Both the position numbers and the translations under genes were made by a program. Positions 30,685 through 39,872 of a stretch of 64,000 bases of DNA are shown here, piece after piece. The DNA comes from an uncultured Acidobacteriota bacterium (GTDB taxonomy: Bacteria > Acidobacteriota > UBA6911 > CAINFC01), in NCBI GenBank assembly GCA_964617125.1, contig CAZTVS010000001.1, positions 14,296 to 78,295 on the forward strand. The letters run 5' to 3'. The stretch's first letter is position 1. Every line of letters starts with the position of its first letter. The notes under the pieces are model-generated. The model did no database searches and was not told where the DNA came from. It saw only the letters and a list, made by a program, of their open reading frames with translations.

Positions 30685-31581
30685 TCAGCCCAGTCGCTTA
30701 AGTGCTTCTATGCGGTCCTCCAGTGGAGGATGGGAGGCAAAAAGGGCTGCGATACCTCTACCCTGCTTGTGGTTGATTTTAAAGGCAGTGAGTGCTTTGG
30801 AGCGGTCGTCGAGTACAGTGCCCCGGGAGGTGATGCGCTGAAGCTGTTCCAAGGCATCGATCATGGAACTCTTCCCCCAGAGTTTGGCGGCATCGGCATC
30901 GGCGGCGAATTCTCGCCGTCGGGAAAAGGATAGCACGACGATGGTTGCCAGCAGGCCGAATAAAATTTGGGAAACCATGCTGCCGAGATAAAAGCCCATA
31001 CCTGTGCTTCGTTCTCCATCGCGGCTCAACATGCGGTCGATGAAAAAGCCGACGACCCGGGAGAGAAAGATAACAAAGGTATTCACAATACCCTGAATCA
31101 GAGTTAGGGTGACCATATCACCGTTGGCTACATGCGATACCTCATGAGCCAGTACTCCTTCCACCTGACGCCGGCTCATCTGCCGTAAAAGGCCGCTACT
31201 GACGGCAACGATGGCATTGCTTTTGCTCGGTCCGGTCGCGAAGGCATTGGCCTCGGCACTTTCGTAAATACCGACTTCGGGCATGGGAATTCCGGCCTGT
31301 TGTGTCTGCTGACGAACGGTCGAAACCAGCCATCCTTCTTCTTCGGTACGGGGATTGTCGATCACCTGGATTTGATAGGCATTTTTTGCCATCCATTTGG
31401 AGATCATCAGCGAGATAAAACTTCCCCCGAATCCCATGATTACGGCCAGGGCCAGCATAGGAAACAATTGGGTTTGCGACACTCCCAGCATGCGGTCGAG
31501 CCCCAGAATCCTCACCGCCAGGGTGAGTACCACAAGTACCGCAATATTCGTGATGAGAAAAAGAAAGATTCTCTTTATCAT
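30685..31581 (-). CDS. htpX: Zinc metalloprotease HtpX (M48)
   Basis: HEVSHVANGD (HExxH) motif. N-terminal TM helices. Start MIKRIF preceded by GGAG. Confidence 0.85.
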   Translation of the reverse strand: MIKRIFLFLITNIAVLVVLTLAVRILGLDRMLGVSQTQLFPMLALAVIMGFGGSFISLMISKWMAKNAYQIQVIDNPRTEEEGWLVSTVRQQTQQAGIPMPEVGIYESAEANAFATGPSKSNAIVAVSSGLLRQMSRRQVEGVLAHEVSHVANGDMVTLTLIQGIVNTFVIFLSRVVGFFIDRMLSRDGERSTGMGFYLGSMVSQILFGLLATIVVLSFSRRREFAADADAAKLWGKSSMIDALEQLQRITSRGTVLDDRSKALTAFKINHKQGRGIAALFASHPPLEDRIEALKRLG

Positions 31582-31744
31582 GGTAGTTCTCCATCCTTGT
31601 AGCCGAATGTTCCTATCTCCAAACAATACGGCATTTTATTTCGTCGAAAGAATTATACCCCGTTTCTTTGACATCCTATCCCTTACACGCCCATTCCAGC
31701 TGTCGTGTTCCTTGCTTTTACAGATCGGATTGCGGCCGGCGATG

Positions 31745-32359
31745 TCATCCTCCGGCAGGGACAAACCTTCGACCCATCAAGCGGTGTCCTCCTTCCAAAA
31801 CCAAGCGGATCGCTTGTGGGTAGATTCTGTGCTCCTGTTCCAGGATTCTGGCGGAAAGAGATTCTTCTGAATCTTCGGCCAGTACCGGCACCACCGACTG
31901 TAGAATGATCGGCCCCGAATCTAAACCGTAATCGACGAAGTGGACAGTGCAGCCGGTGAACTGTACGCCTGCATCCAATGCCTGGCGTTGTGCGTGCATT
32001 CCAGGAAAGGCGGGGAGCAGGGAAGGGTGAATGTTCAATATGTTCCGGGGAAAGGCGTCTATCAATACCGGCGAAAGCAACCGCATAAAACCTGCCAGGC
32101 AAACAATATCCGTTTGATGATCTCTTAGAATCTGAACAACTCGGCGATCGAAATCCTCCCGATTCAAATTCTGGTGATCGACATAAAAAGAGGCCAGTCC
32201 GGCCTTACGGGCCGCTTCCAGACCGGGGGCCTCCATCCGATTGCTGATCACACAGGAAATGTCGGCAAGCAGCCGTTTTTCCAGGATAGCCTGATGGATG
32301 GCCAGAAAATTGGATCCCCGGCCGGAAAGCAAAATACCGATTTTTTTATTGCCAGACAT
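31745..32359 (-). CDS. purN: Phosphoribosylglycinamide formyltransferase
   Basis: KIGILLSGRGSNF ... NIHPSLLPAFPG. Confidence 0.85.
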   Translation of the reverse strand: MSGNKKIGILLSGRGSNFLAIHQAILEKRLLADISCVISNRMEAPGLEAARKAGLASFYVDHQNLNREDFDRRVVQILRDHQTDIVCLAGFMRLLSPVLIDAFPRNILNIHPSLLPAFPGMHAQRQALDAGVQFTGCTVHFVDYGLDSGPIILQSVVPVLAEDSEESLSARILEQEHRIYPQAIRLVLEGGHRLMGRRFVPAGG

Positions 32360-32413
32360 ATGTTTTCCAGGAGGAAAAAATGCAGGAAACGGCCGGAAGC
32401 AGAAGGCCGGCTT

Positions 32414-33463
32414 TCAATCCTGTTGGTAGATGACGCGGGTATTGCCGCGGACTACTTCTCCGATCAGGTAGTGGGCCTCTTCCGCCTTTTGCAATATTTC
32501 CTTGGCCGTTTCCAACTTTTCCGGTGGAACGACCAGAATCATCCCGATGCCCATGTTGAATACCCGGTACATCTCCTCTTCTTCGATATTTCCCAGACGC
32601 TGTAACGTGGAGAATATGGCCGGTACCGGCCAACGTCCGCGATAGATATGGGCGCAAAAACCGGGGGGCAGAATACGAGGAAGATTTTCCGTAATGCCGC
32701 CTCCGGTGATGTGTGCTGCCGCCAGAACACAATGGTGATCGATCAAAGAACGCACCGGATGGAGATAACTCCTGTGCACCTTCAACAGCTCTTCCCCCAC
32801 CGAACAGGAAGAATCCGGCAGGGGAGAATTCAGCTTCAGGCCGGCATCTTCCAGAAGCACTTTTCTGGCGAGCGAATATCCGTTGGTATGCAGTCCGGTG
32901 GAAGGCAGGCCAATGAGAAAATTTCCGCTCAGAATACGCTTGGGTCCCAACAGCTTGTTTTTTTTAACGGATCCTACTATAAAGCCGGCTAGGTCATACT
33001 CTCCAGGAGTATAGAAACCCGGCATCTGAGCTGTTTCTCCGCCAATCAGGGCACAGTGATTGTTCTTGCACTCGTCGGCAAGTCCACGAATGATTTGTTC
33101 GGTAGTCCCTTCGTTTAAACTGGAATAGGCCAGGTAATCCATGAAAAACAGGGGTGAGGCCCCTTGGGTCAGAATATCGTTGACGCAATGAGCCACCAGA
33201 TCTTTTCCGACCGTAGAATGGATATCGGAGGCGAAGGCGATTTTCAGCTTGGTACCGACTCCGTCGGCGCTGCTGACAAGAATCGTATTTTGAGCTCCCA
33301 ATTCATCCAGCGAGTAAAGTCCGCCGAATCCTCCCAACGCCGGTAGAACACCATCCGTGTGGGTGCGTTGAATGTGTTGAAGAATGGTGGCTTTGACAGA
33401 TGCCGCCTTGTCCAGATTGACACCCGCTCGGGAATAGGCATCCTCGTTTATTTTCGTATCCAT
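32414..33463 (-). CDS. purM: Phosphoribosylformylglycinamidine cyclo-ligase (AIR synthase)
   Basis: AYSRAGVNLD ... GGFGGLY. AIRS and AIRS_C domains. Confidence 0.85.
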   Translation of the reverse strand: MDTKINEDAYSRAGVNLDKAASVKATILQHIQRTHTDGVLPALGGFGGLYSLDELGAQNTILVSSADGVGTKLKIAFASDIHSTVGKDLVAHCVNDILTQGASPLFFMDYLAYSSLNEGTTEQIIRGLADECKNNHCALIGGETAQMPGFYTPGEYDLAGFIVGSVKKNKLLGPKRILSGNFLIGLPSTGLHTNGYSLARKVLLEDAGLKLNSPLPDSSCSVGEELLKVHRSYLHPVRSLIDHHCVLAAAHITGGGITENLPRILPPGFCAHIYRGRWPVPAIFSTLQRLGNIEEEEMYRVFNMGIGMILVVPPEKLETAKEILQKAEEAHYLIGEVVRGNTRVIYQQD

Positions 33464-33501
33464 GCAAAGATCCTCCGCCTGTTATTGTTCGCTTGCTGCC
33501 G

Positions 33502-34968
33502 TTAAGGATTAGGGCCCGATGTTGTCTTGCTGCCTTCTAAAGAGCATACCATTTCCGGAGTTTTAATTGGATACTCACCGCTAAAACATGCGGTACAGTA
33601 AGAACGTCCCTCCGGATCCTCCACACAGCTTCTCAGGCTGTCATGGGTCAGGTAGTGAAGGCTGTCGACACCCAGGTAATCGCGGATTTGTTCGATCGAT
33701 TTTTGAGTAGCTATCAGTTCCTGTTTCGTCGGTGTATCGATGCCGTAAAAGCAGGGGCTGACGATCGGCGGAGAGCCGATGCAGAGGTGAAGTTTCCTCG
33801 CTCCCGTGGAGCGTATCATATGGCAAATCTCCTGACTGGTAGTTCCTCGAACCAGGGAATCGTCGATCAGAACCACGTCCTTGCCATGGAAGATTTCTTT
33901 CACTGGATTCAGTTTGACGCGGACACCGAATTCACGCATGGCCTGCGATGGTTCGATAAAAGTCCGGCCGATGTAATGGTTGCGGATCAGGCCGAAGTCA
34001 AAACGGATGCCCGAGGCGGCGGAGAAGCCCAGGGCGGCAGATACACCTGAATCGGGTACCGGAACAACGACATCCGCCGATAGCTTAAATTCCTTAGCCA
34101 TGCAGCGACCAATGTCATAACGCACCTGATTCACATTGCGTCCGAAAACCAGGCTGTCGGGCCGGGAAAAATAGATGTGTTCAAAAATGCATTGTGATGT
34201 TTTCTCCAATGCAGCGTAACGCAAACGTTTCCAGCCCGATGGATTACAAAGTACAATCTCCCCCGGTTGAACATCATCCAGATAGGTGGCGCCGATCAGG
34301 TCTAGGGCGCTGGTTTCCGAAGCAAAAACATAGGCGTTATCCAACCGGCCGATACAAAGAGGACGGAATCCGAAGGGGTCTCTGATTGCGGCCATTTGGT
34401 CTTTGGTCAGGACAAGAAGGGAGAAAGCTCCCCGCAAAGGTGCAAGGGCCTCCGGCAGGGCGTCCTCAAGGAATTTCTTTTTACTGCGGCCGATGAGCTT
34501 GAGGATGATTTCGCTGTCGGAGCTGGTAAAGAAGGATTCGTGTTTGCGCAATAAGTCGCTGCGAAGGCTTTCGGCATTGGCCAGGTTGCCGTTATGGCAA
34601 AGAGCGATCGCTCCGCGATGAGATTCGTTCAGAATGGGCTGGGCATTTTGCAGACGGCTTTCTCCCGCAGTCGAGTAGCGTACATGACCGATGGAGTGAA
34701 TTCCGCTGAGGAGTTTCAATCGAGCCGGGGTAAAGACATCGCTTACATACCCCATTCCCTTTTCCTGATGGAGTCTGCCTTCGTCGCTGGAACAGATTCC
34801 GGCGGATTCCTGTCCCCGGTGCTGCAGGGCATAGAGTCCCAGATAAGTCATGCGTACGGCCTTGGGGTGTTGAAAGATGCCGAATATGCCGCAATGATCG
34901 TGAAAACGGTCCGGCTCCGTAAAATTTCGATAGGAGCAGGGATAGGGCATTTTTTCCAGAATATTCAT
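33502..34968 (-). CDS. purF: Amidophosphoribosyltransferase
   Basis: N-terminal nucleophile CGIFGIF. PRTase domain. C-terminal Cys residues consistent with a 4Fe-4S type. Confidence 0.9.
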   Translation of the reverse strand: MNILEKMPYPCSYRNFTEPDRFHDHCGIFGIFQHPKAVRMTYLGLYALQHRGQESAGICSSDEGRLHQEKGMGYVSDVFTPARLKLLSGIHSIGHVRYSTAGESRLQNAQPILNESHRGAIALCHNGNLANAESLRSDLLRKHESFFTSSDSEIILKLIGRSKKKFLEDALPEALAPLRGAFSLLVLTKDQMAAIRDPFGFRPLCIGRLDNAYVFASETSALDLIGATYLDDVQPGEIVLCNPSGWKRLRYAALEKTSQCIFEHIYFSRPDSLVFGRNVNQVRYDIGRCMAKEFKLSADVVVPVPDSGVSAALGFSAASGIRFDFGLIRNHYIGRTFIEPSQAMREFGVRVKLNPVKEIFHGKDVVLIDDSLVRGTTSQEICHMIRSTGARKLHLCIGSPPIVSPCFYGIDTPTKQELIATQKSIEQIRDYLGVDSLHYLTHDSLRSCVEDPEGRSYCTACFSGEYPIKTPEMVCSLEGSKTTSGPNP

Positions 34969-34969
34969 A

Positions 34970-36001
34970 TCAACGACTGATCCGTTTTTCCGGAATGACC
35001 ACCGGGTTGGGTGGCCGTCTGCCCTGCAGGACAGCGGTTACGTTGCGGATGGCGGTCATGGCGATTCCGGTGCGTGCTTCCACGGTTGCACTTCCGATGT
35101 GAGGTAATAGAACAACCTGATCCAGCGATTCCAGTCCTTTTTCCACCATCGGTTCCTGTTCGAAAACATCCAGGCCGGCACCGGCTATTTTCCTGTTACG
35201 CAGCGCATCCAGGAGCGCTCTCTCATCGACAACGGGGCCTCTTGCCGTGTTGATCAGGATGGCTGTCGGTTTCATGAGAGAGAATTGAGGAGAAGCGATC
35301 ATGTGACGGGTGGTGCTGGTCAGCGGGACGTGAAGAGAGATAAAATCCGAACGGCGTAAAAGTCCGGATAGCGTGACGTACCGGGCAGACAACCGTTGTT
35401 CCTGCTCCGGGGAAAGACGCAATGGATTGTGATAGAGAATTTTCAGCCCAAAACCTTTGGCCCTCTCGGCGACGGCTTGTCCGATACGTCCCATGCCCAC
35501 TATGCCGAGGGTTTTTCCGGAGAGTTGCGTGCCCAGGAAGAGATGAAAATCCCAACCATGAAATCTTCCCTCCCGTAAAAAACGATCCCCGGATACGATA
35601 TGGCGCGCGACGCTCAACAAGAGCCCCATCGTCAGATCGGCGGTCGCTTCGGTCAGCACACCGGGAGTATTGGTTACCCAGATGCCAAGTTCCTGCGCGG
35701 CAGCCGTATCTATATTGTTGAATCCGGCAGCAGCATTAGCGATAATTTTCAGCCGGGGAGCGGATTCCATGATTCGACGATCAATGGAGTCGTACAGGAA
35801 ACTGATCAAAGCGTCGGCGTCTTTTATATGCTTGCGTATTTCCCGCGAGGAGATAGGTTCGGATTTCCTATGGGAGATCAGCCGGCCGAAGGGGGCCAGA
35901 CGGTCCAGAGCCTTTTCCGGCAAGCGACCGGTAATCAAAATGGTATGAGATGGTTTGTCCATAGCGATGATGATGGGCTCAGGAATAAAGCTTGACTTCA
36001 T
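34970..36001 (-). CDS. D-isomer-specific 2-hydroxyacid dehydrogenase (glyoxylate/hydroxypyruvate reductase or PGDH-like)
   Basis: NAD-binding GIVGMGRIGQAVAERA. Catalytic R/E/H triad region. Start MKSS at 36001 preceded by GGAG and overlaps the last BMC-P by 23 nt. Confidence 0.7.
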   Translation of the reverse strand: MKSSFIPEPIIIAMDKPSHTILITGRLPEKALDRLAPFGRLISHRKSEPISSREIRKHIKDADALISFLYDSIDRRIMESAPRLKIIANAAAGFNNIDTAAAQELGIWVTNTPGVLTEATADLTMGLLLSVARHIVSGDRFLREGRFHGWDFHLFLGTQLSGKTLGIVGMGRIGQAVAERAKGFGLKILYHNPLRLSPEQEQRLSARYVTLSGLLRRSDFISLHVPLTSTTRHMIASPQFSLMKPTAILINTARGPVVDERALLDALRNRKIAGAGLDVFEQEPMVEKGLESLDQVVLLPHIGSATVEARTGIAMTAIRNVTAVLQGRRPPNPVVIPEKRISR

Positions 36002-36251
36002 CCACCACTCCGATAACGGCAACATCGATAGCGGCGGATTTTTTGCCTACAGCCGCCGAGGCGGCGAAACCGTCCTGAACCAGCAACACCAGATCTCCAG
36101 GACCGGCATCTACTCCGTCCACCGCCAGCAGTTCTTCTCCGGACGGATTATGGTCCAGATCCAACGGCTGGACAATGAGAATTTTGGCGCCATCGAAATC
36201 GGAATACTTTTGCGAGGCGACAATGTTTCCAGTCACTTTTGCCAGAATCAT
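35979..36251 (-). CDS. BMC vertex (pentamer) protein, EutN/CcmL/PduN family (paralog 3)
   Basis: MILAKVTGNIVASQK...GAKILIVQ...AVDGVDAGPGDLVLLV is typical of PF03319. ATGA overlap with paralog 2. Confidence 0.75.
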   Translation of the reverse strand: MILAKVTGNIVASQKYSDFDGAKILIVQPLDLDHNPSGEELLAVDGVDAGPGDLVLLVQDGFAASAAVGKKSAAIDVAVIGVVDEVKLYS

Positions 36252-36526
36252 GGATGGTCCGTGGAGTGATGAATGCGATCGACGATACCGACGACGGTGA
36301 CGTCGGTCGGAGTTTCCCGTGGAAAGAAGGGGAAGGCGGCCTCTTTACTGCGAACGTAAAATACTGTTTCCCCGGTTCCGGCACCAACTGCATCCGTGGC
36401 TACGAAAGCAGGCCCGATAAGAACCCCATCGGGGCGAAGATGCTTGAGGAGAAGCATCTTTCTCTCCTGGAGACCCTCATTTTTCATGGTGGAAACGATC
36501 GTTCCGACAACTTTTGCCAGTCGCAT
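36248..36526 (-). CDS. BMC vertex (pentamer) protein, EutN/CcmL/PduN family (paralog 2)
   Basis: MRLAKVVGTIVSTMK...KMLLLKHL...ATDAVGAGTGETVFYV. Confidence 0.75.
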   Translation of the reverse strand: MRLAKVVGTIVSTMKNEGLQERKMLLLKHLRPDGVLIGPAFVATDAVGAGTGETVFYVRSKEAAFPFFPRETPTDVTVVGIVDRIHHSTDHP

Positions 36527-36578
36527 GTCAGGCGTGATTTTCCGTTCTTCTAAAAACGGTTATGGCGTTCTATCGACA

Positions 36579-36608
36579 AGTTTCCCTTCTGTGGAGGGAA
36601 GGGAAACT
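36579..36608 (-). promoter_or_regulatory. Perfect 11-bp stem hairpin between BMC-P paralogs 1 and 2 (intra-operon attenuator/RNA stability element candidate)
   Basis: AGTTTCCCTTC-tgtggagg-GAAGGGAAACT. It lies in the only sizeable gap (92 nt) within the shell operon. Confidence 0.45.
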
Positions 36609-36618
36609 CGTCTGTGGA

Positions 36619-36882
36619 TCAGATTTCGATGGTGTCTACTATCCCGATGATGGCTGTATCGACCGGATGGTCCTTCAAGCCCGAAGCCATGCGGGCGGAA
36701 CTGCCGCTGACGCAGAGTACTACGTCACCTCTTCCGGCTTGCACCGTATCGATAGCTACCGTATAACCCGATTCCTTTTTTGTTTCAGGATCGAGGGTGC
36801 GTACCACCAGCAGCTTTTTGCCCTGCAGTTTTTCGTCCTTGCGGGTGGCCACCACCGTCCCGGCTACTTTGCCAAGGATCAT
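36619..36882 (-). CDS. BMC vertex (pentamer) protein, EutN/CcmL/PduN family (paralog 1)
   Basis: MILGKVAGTVVATRK...GKKLLVVRTL...AIDTVQAGRGDVVLCV. Confidence 0.75.
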   Translation of the reverse strand: MILGKVAGTVVATRKDEKLQGKKLLVVRTLDPETKKESGYTVAIDTVQAGRGDVVLCVSGSSARMASGLKDHPVDTAIIGIVDTIEI

Positions 36883-36887
36883 AAAAA

Positions 36888-37184
36888 TTACTTGCCGGCT
36901 TTGATATTGATCGGCAGCCGTTCATCCAGATTGGAATGTGGACGAGGAATGACGTGTACGCTGACCAACTCGCCTACGCGCCGGGCCGCGGCCGCTCCGG
37001 CATCCGTGGCCGCCTTAACGGCAGCGACATCGCCACGGACGATGGCGGTAACATAACCGGAACCGATCTTTTCATATCCGATGAGGGTTACTTTAGCAGC
37101 TTTGACCATCGCATCAGAAGCCTCAACCATTGCCACAAAGCCTTTGGTTTCAATCATTCCCAATGCTTCCATATTATCAGCCAT
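36888..37184 (-). CDS. BMC shell hexamer protein (PduA/EutM/CcmK family, PF00936)
   Basis: [62 protein letters not shown] is near-identical in pattern to PduA. SD AAGGAGA 7 nt upstream. Confidence 0.85.
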   Translation of the reverse strand: MADNMEALGMIETKGFVAMVEASDAMVKAAKVTLIGYEKIGSGYVTAIVRGDVAAVKAATDAGAAAARRVGELVSVHVIPRPHSNLDERLPINIKAGK

Positions 37185-37236
37185 GTTTTCTCCTTGAAAG
37201 AATGAGATACTGTGTTGCTGGCGTTTAAAAGCAAAA

Positions 37237-37266
37237 TTTATATCACACCCGGAGAATGGTTTGCAA
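37237..37266 (-). promoter_or_regulatory. Candidate sigma70-like promoter for BMC shell operon (TTGCAA-N18-TATAAA on minus strand)
   Basis: Minus strand reads ttgcaa accattctccgggtgtga tataaat. Followed by a 5'UTR with AAGGAGA SD before the BMC-H ATG. Confidence 0.35.
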
Positions 37267-37349
37267 GGCCGGCGGCAATCCGGAAGAGTAACTTGGCATC
37301 AGGGAAACCGTCTCCGTTCTTTTGTCTGCGAATGCAGATTCCTCCGCGA

Positions 37350-38360
37350 TCAGATGCAGGCGTCCTGGCGGATGCGTTCGATGATTTCCGGCACGTTGGT
37401 CGTCGCCGTGCCCAGCTTGCCGACTACGATGCCGGCAGCATAATTGGCGATGGTTGCCGCTTCGATGATATCGGCGCCGCAGAGAAGGGAAACAGTGATT
37501 GTGGCGATGACCGTGTCTCCGGCTCCGGTCACATCAAAAACCTCTCGTGCCTTGGTAGGAATGTGGCTCACCCCTCCCGTGGATGAGAAGACCGACATCC
37601 CTTCCTCTCCCCGCGTGATGATGAGATGATCCGCCTGAGTGTCCTGAAGGATTTTTTTGCCGGCGGCGACTAGGGAGGTTGTATCTATGATGGGTATCCC
37701 CGATGCCATTTCGGCTTCCGCCTTGTTGGGAGTGAGAAAGGTGGGATGCCCATAGACACGAAGGTCCTTGACCTTGGGATCTACGGCCACGATGGATTGC
37801 CTGCCTGACTTCAAACCGGCTTGAATGGCACGGGATAAATCGGAATTGACAAGTCCTTTGGCATAGTCGGAAATGATGGTGGCTTCGGTCTTTTGCGACA
37901 GCCGCCGGTATGCCAGCAGCAGTTTCCGGTGTGTGCTCTCTGCCAGGGGGTGGGAATCCTCACAATCCGTACGACAGACCTGTTGATGATGTGCAATGAT
38001 CCTGGTCTTGACAGTGCTGCGTCGGTCTGTCTCCATAATCAACCCGGAAACGATGGGACTGATCTTCCGGTACTCCTGCAAAATCACAACGGAGGAAGGA
38101 TCTTCTTTGGGGTTTCCGATCACACCCAAAGGAATCGGTACGGCGCCCAAGGCGTGCAGGTTGCAGGCGACATTGGCCGATCCTCCCAGATGTACACTTT
38201 TTCTTTTGACCAGAACCACAGGGACCGGAGCTTCCGGAGAGATGCGATGGACGGTGCCCCAGATAAATTCATCCAGCATGACATCTCCCGCCACCAGGAT
38301 TTTTTTCCCTGGAAACTGTTTGAGCAGGCGTATCAGACGGCGCGGATCGGGATTTTTCAT
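37350..38360 (-). CDS. hldE: D-glycero-beta-D-manno-heptose-7-phosphate kinase (RfaE domain I, PfkB family), stand-alone
   Basis: KILVAGDVMLDEFIWGTVHRISPEAPVPVV matches the HldE N-terminal kinase domain. C-terminal DVTGAGDT. Confidence 0.7.
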   Translation of the reverse strand: MKNPDPRRLIRLLKQFPGKKILVAGDVMLDEFIWGTVHRISPEAPVPVVLVKRKSVHLGGSANVACNLHALGAVPIPLGVIGNPKEDPSSVVILQEYRKISPIVSGLIMETDRRSTVKTRIIAHHQQVCRTDCEDSHPLAESTHRKLLLAYRRLSQKTEATIISDYAKGLVNSDLSRAIQAGLKSGRQSIVAVDPKVKDLRVYGHPTFLTPNKAEAEMASGIPIIDTTSLVAAGKKILQDTQADHLIITRGEEGMSVFSSTGGVSHIPTKAREVFDVTGAGDTVIATITVSLLCGADIIEAATIANYAAGIVVGKLGTATTNVPEIIERIRQDACI

Positions 38361-38380
38361 GCGTATCCAGGAGCAGGGAC

Positions 38381-39166
38381 TTAGGACTTGGGGGACAGAG
38401 TCGGTTTCGGAACGTTTTTATGGCTCAGGTGCCGGGAAAGGATGGAATAAAGCTTGAAGCAGATGCCGGAAAGAGTATAGATCGATGCGAGAGAAACCAG
38501 TACGATGCGGGAGTAGAAGTAAATCCCCGTGATCAGCAGGGCAAGAAGTAGAATGGTACGATAGGAATGATTTTTCCCCTCGGATCCTTTCAATCCGACG
38601 TATCGTATGGTACTGATCATGAGGAATGCCAGCAGGCCCACCAGAGCCAGTATCCCCAGGTAATAATCTTTCACTAGTTCCGGGTCCTGAAAATAATGAA
38701 CCAGAGAGGCAATCATGCCTCCGGCTGCCGGAGTCGGCATGCCGACAAAGTCTTTATGGCCGGGTCCCATGATGTTGAATCGGGCCAGACGCATGGCGCC
38801 GCAGATGATGTAGATGAAACTGATGATCCATCCGATGGGCTGGAACTGGGGAAAAGCCCAGGCGTTGATCAGAATCGCCGGTGCCAGACAAAAGGAAATG
38901 ACATCGGCCAGGGAATCCAGCTGCAGTCCCATCTCACTGGATGTCTTGGTCAAACGAGCGATTCGCCCATCCAGGACATCGAAAACGGCGGCCCAGCCGA
39001 TGAGAATGGCCGCCATATCAAAGTTTCCATGTTGGACGGAGACGATGGAATAAAAACCACAGAACAGGTTGCCGATGGTAAATGTGGTAGGAATCGCATT
39101 GATGGTCCGACGGAATTTCCGCCGCGGTTTGATTCCTTCCGAAGATTCTGGCTTTGTGTGATCCAC
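38381..39166 (-). CDS. pssA: CDP-diacylglycerol--serine O-phosphatidyltransferase
   Basis: CDP-alcohol phosphatidyltransferase motif DVLDGRIAR...G...LDSLAD. Multiple TM helices. Adjacent to psd. Confidence 0.75.
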   Translation of the reverse strand: MDHTKPESSEGIKPRRKFRRTINAIPTTFTIGNLFCGFYSIVSVQHGNFDMAAILIGWAAVFDVLDGRIARLTKTSSEMGLQLDSLADVISFCLAPAILINAWAFPQFQPIGWIISFIYIICGAMRLARFNIMGPGHKDFVGMPTPAAGGMIASLVHYFQDPELVKDYYLGILALVGLLAFLMISTIRYVGLKGSEGKNHSYRTILLLALLITGIYFYSRIVLVSLASIYTLSGICFKLYSILSRHLSHKNVPKPTLSPKS

Positions 39167-39241
39167 AGTTTTTCCCGAAGTGTTTACGATCCGTTAATCA
39201 TGCGTGGAGGTTTCTCGTTGCAAGAGGATGTCAGGCCGGTG

Positions 39242-39871
39242 TCATTGCCGAAAACGAGCCACCGGATCGCTTCCTCCATGTAAGCGATCTCCTACTTTTA
39301 TCAGAAGATCCGTATCTGCCGGCAGATCCAGATCGACTCGGGATCCGAAACGAATCATTCCCAGTCGCTCGCCCCGCTGCATTCGATCTCCGGTTCTTTT
39401 CCAGCAGACGATCCTTCGGGCGATCAAACCGGCAATCTGAGTGACTCGGATCAAGGATGTTCCGGCCTGCAGTTCGATGGTATTGCGTTCATTCTCCAGA
39501 GAGGCTTCCCGACGAAAAGCAGCCAGAAATCTTCCCGGAAAATATTGGACACGGGTGACGGTCCCCGCATACGGGATCCGGTTGATGTGCACATTGAAGA
39601 CAGAAAGAAAAATGCTGATTCTGTGCCGCGGTCCCAACTCGGGATCCTGAACCGATTCAATCACAACGACACGGCCATCCGCCGGCGATACCAGCAGGTT
39701 GGGATCGGAAGGCAGTCTTCTTTCCGGGTCGCGAAAGAAGTACAAAATAAAAAGGCCCACAAGAAGAAGAAGACTGCCGAGGAGCCACGCCTGGCAGATG
39801 AAGGCGACGAAAGCCAGAAGCAACGGGACACCGAAATAGGGAATCCCTTCTTTAGCGATAGCGATTCGCAT
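39242..39871 (-). CDS. psd: Phosphatidylserine decarboxylase proenzyme (short form)
   Basis: N-terminal TM helices. LVSPADGRVV. Self-cleavage FGSR (GS) motif near the C-terminus. Confidence 0.75.
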   Translation of the reverse strand: MRIAIAKEGIPYFGVPLLLAFVAFICQAWLLGSLLLLVGLFILYFFRDPERRLPSDPNLLVSPADGRVVVIESVQDPELGPRHRISIFLSVFNVHINRIPYAGTVTRVQYFPGRFLAAFRREASLENERNTIELQAGTSLIRVTQIAGLIARRIVCWKRTGDRMQRGERLGMIRFGSRVDLDLPADTDLLIKVGDRLHGGSDPVARFRQ

Positions 39872-39872
39872 A

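Noticed and set aside
34970-36025. N-terminal extension of the 2-hydroxyacid dehydrogenase as a possible BMC encapsulation peptide.
   Set aside because: The extra residues (MKSSFIPEPIIIA) are short and Pro-containing and are not an amphipathic helix. I could not support encapsulation from sequence alone.
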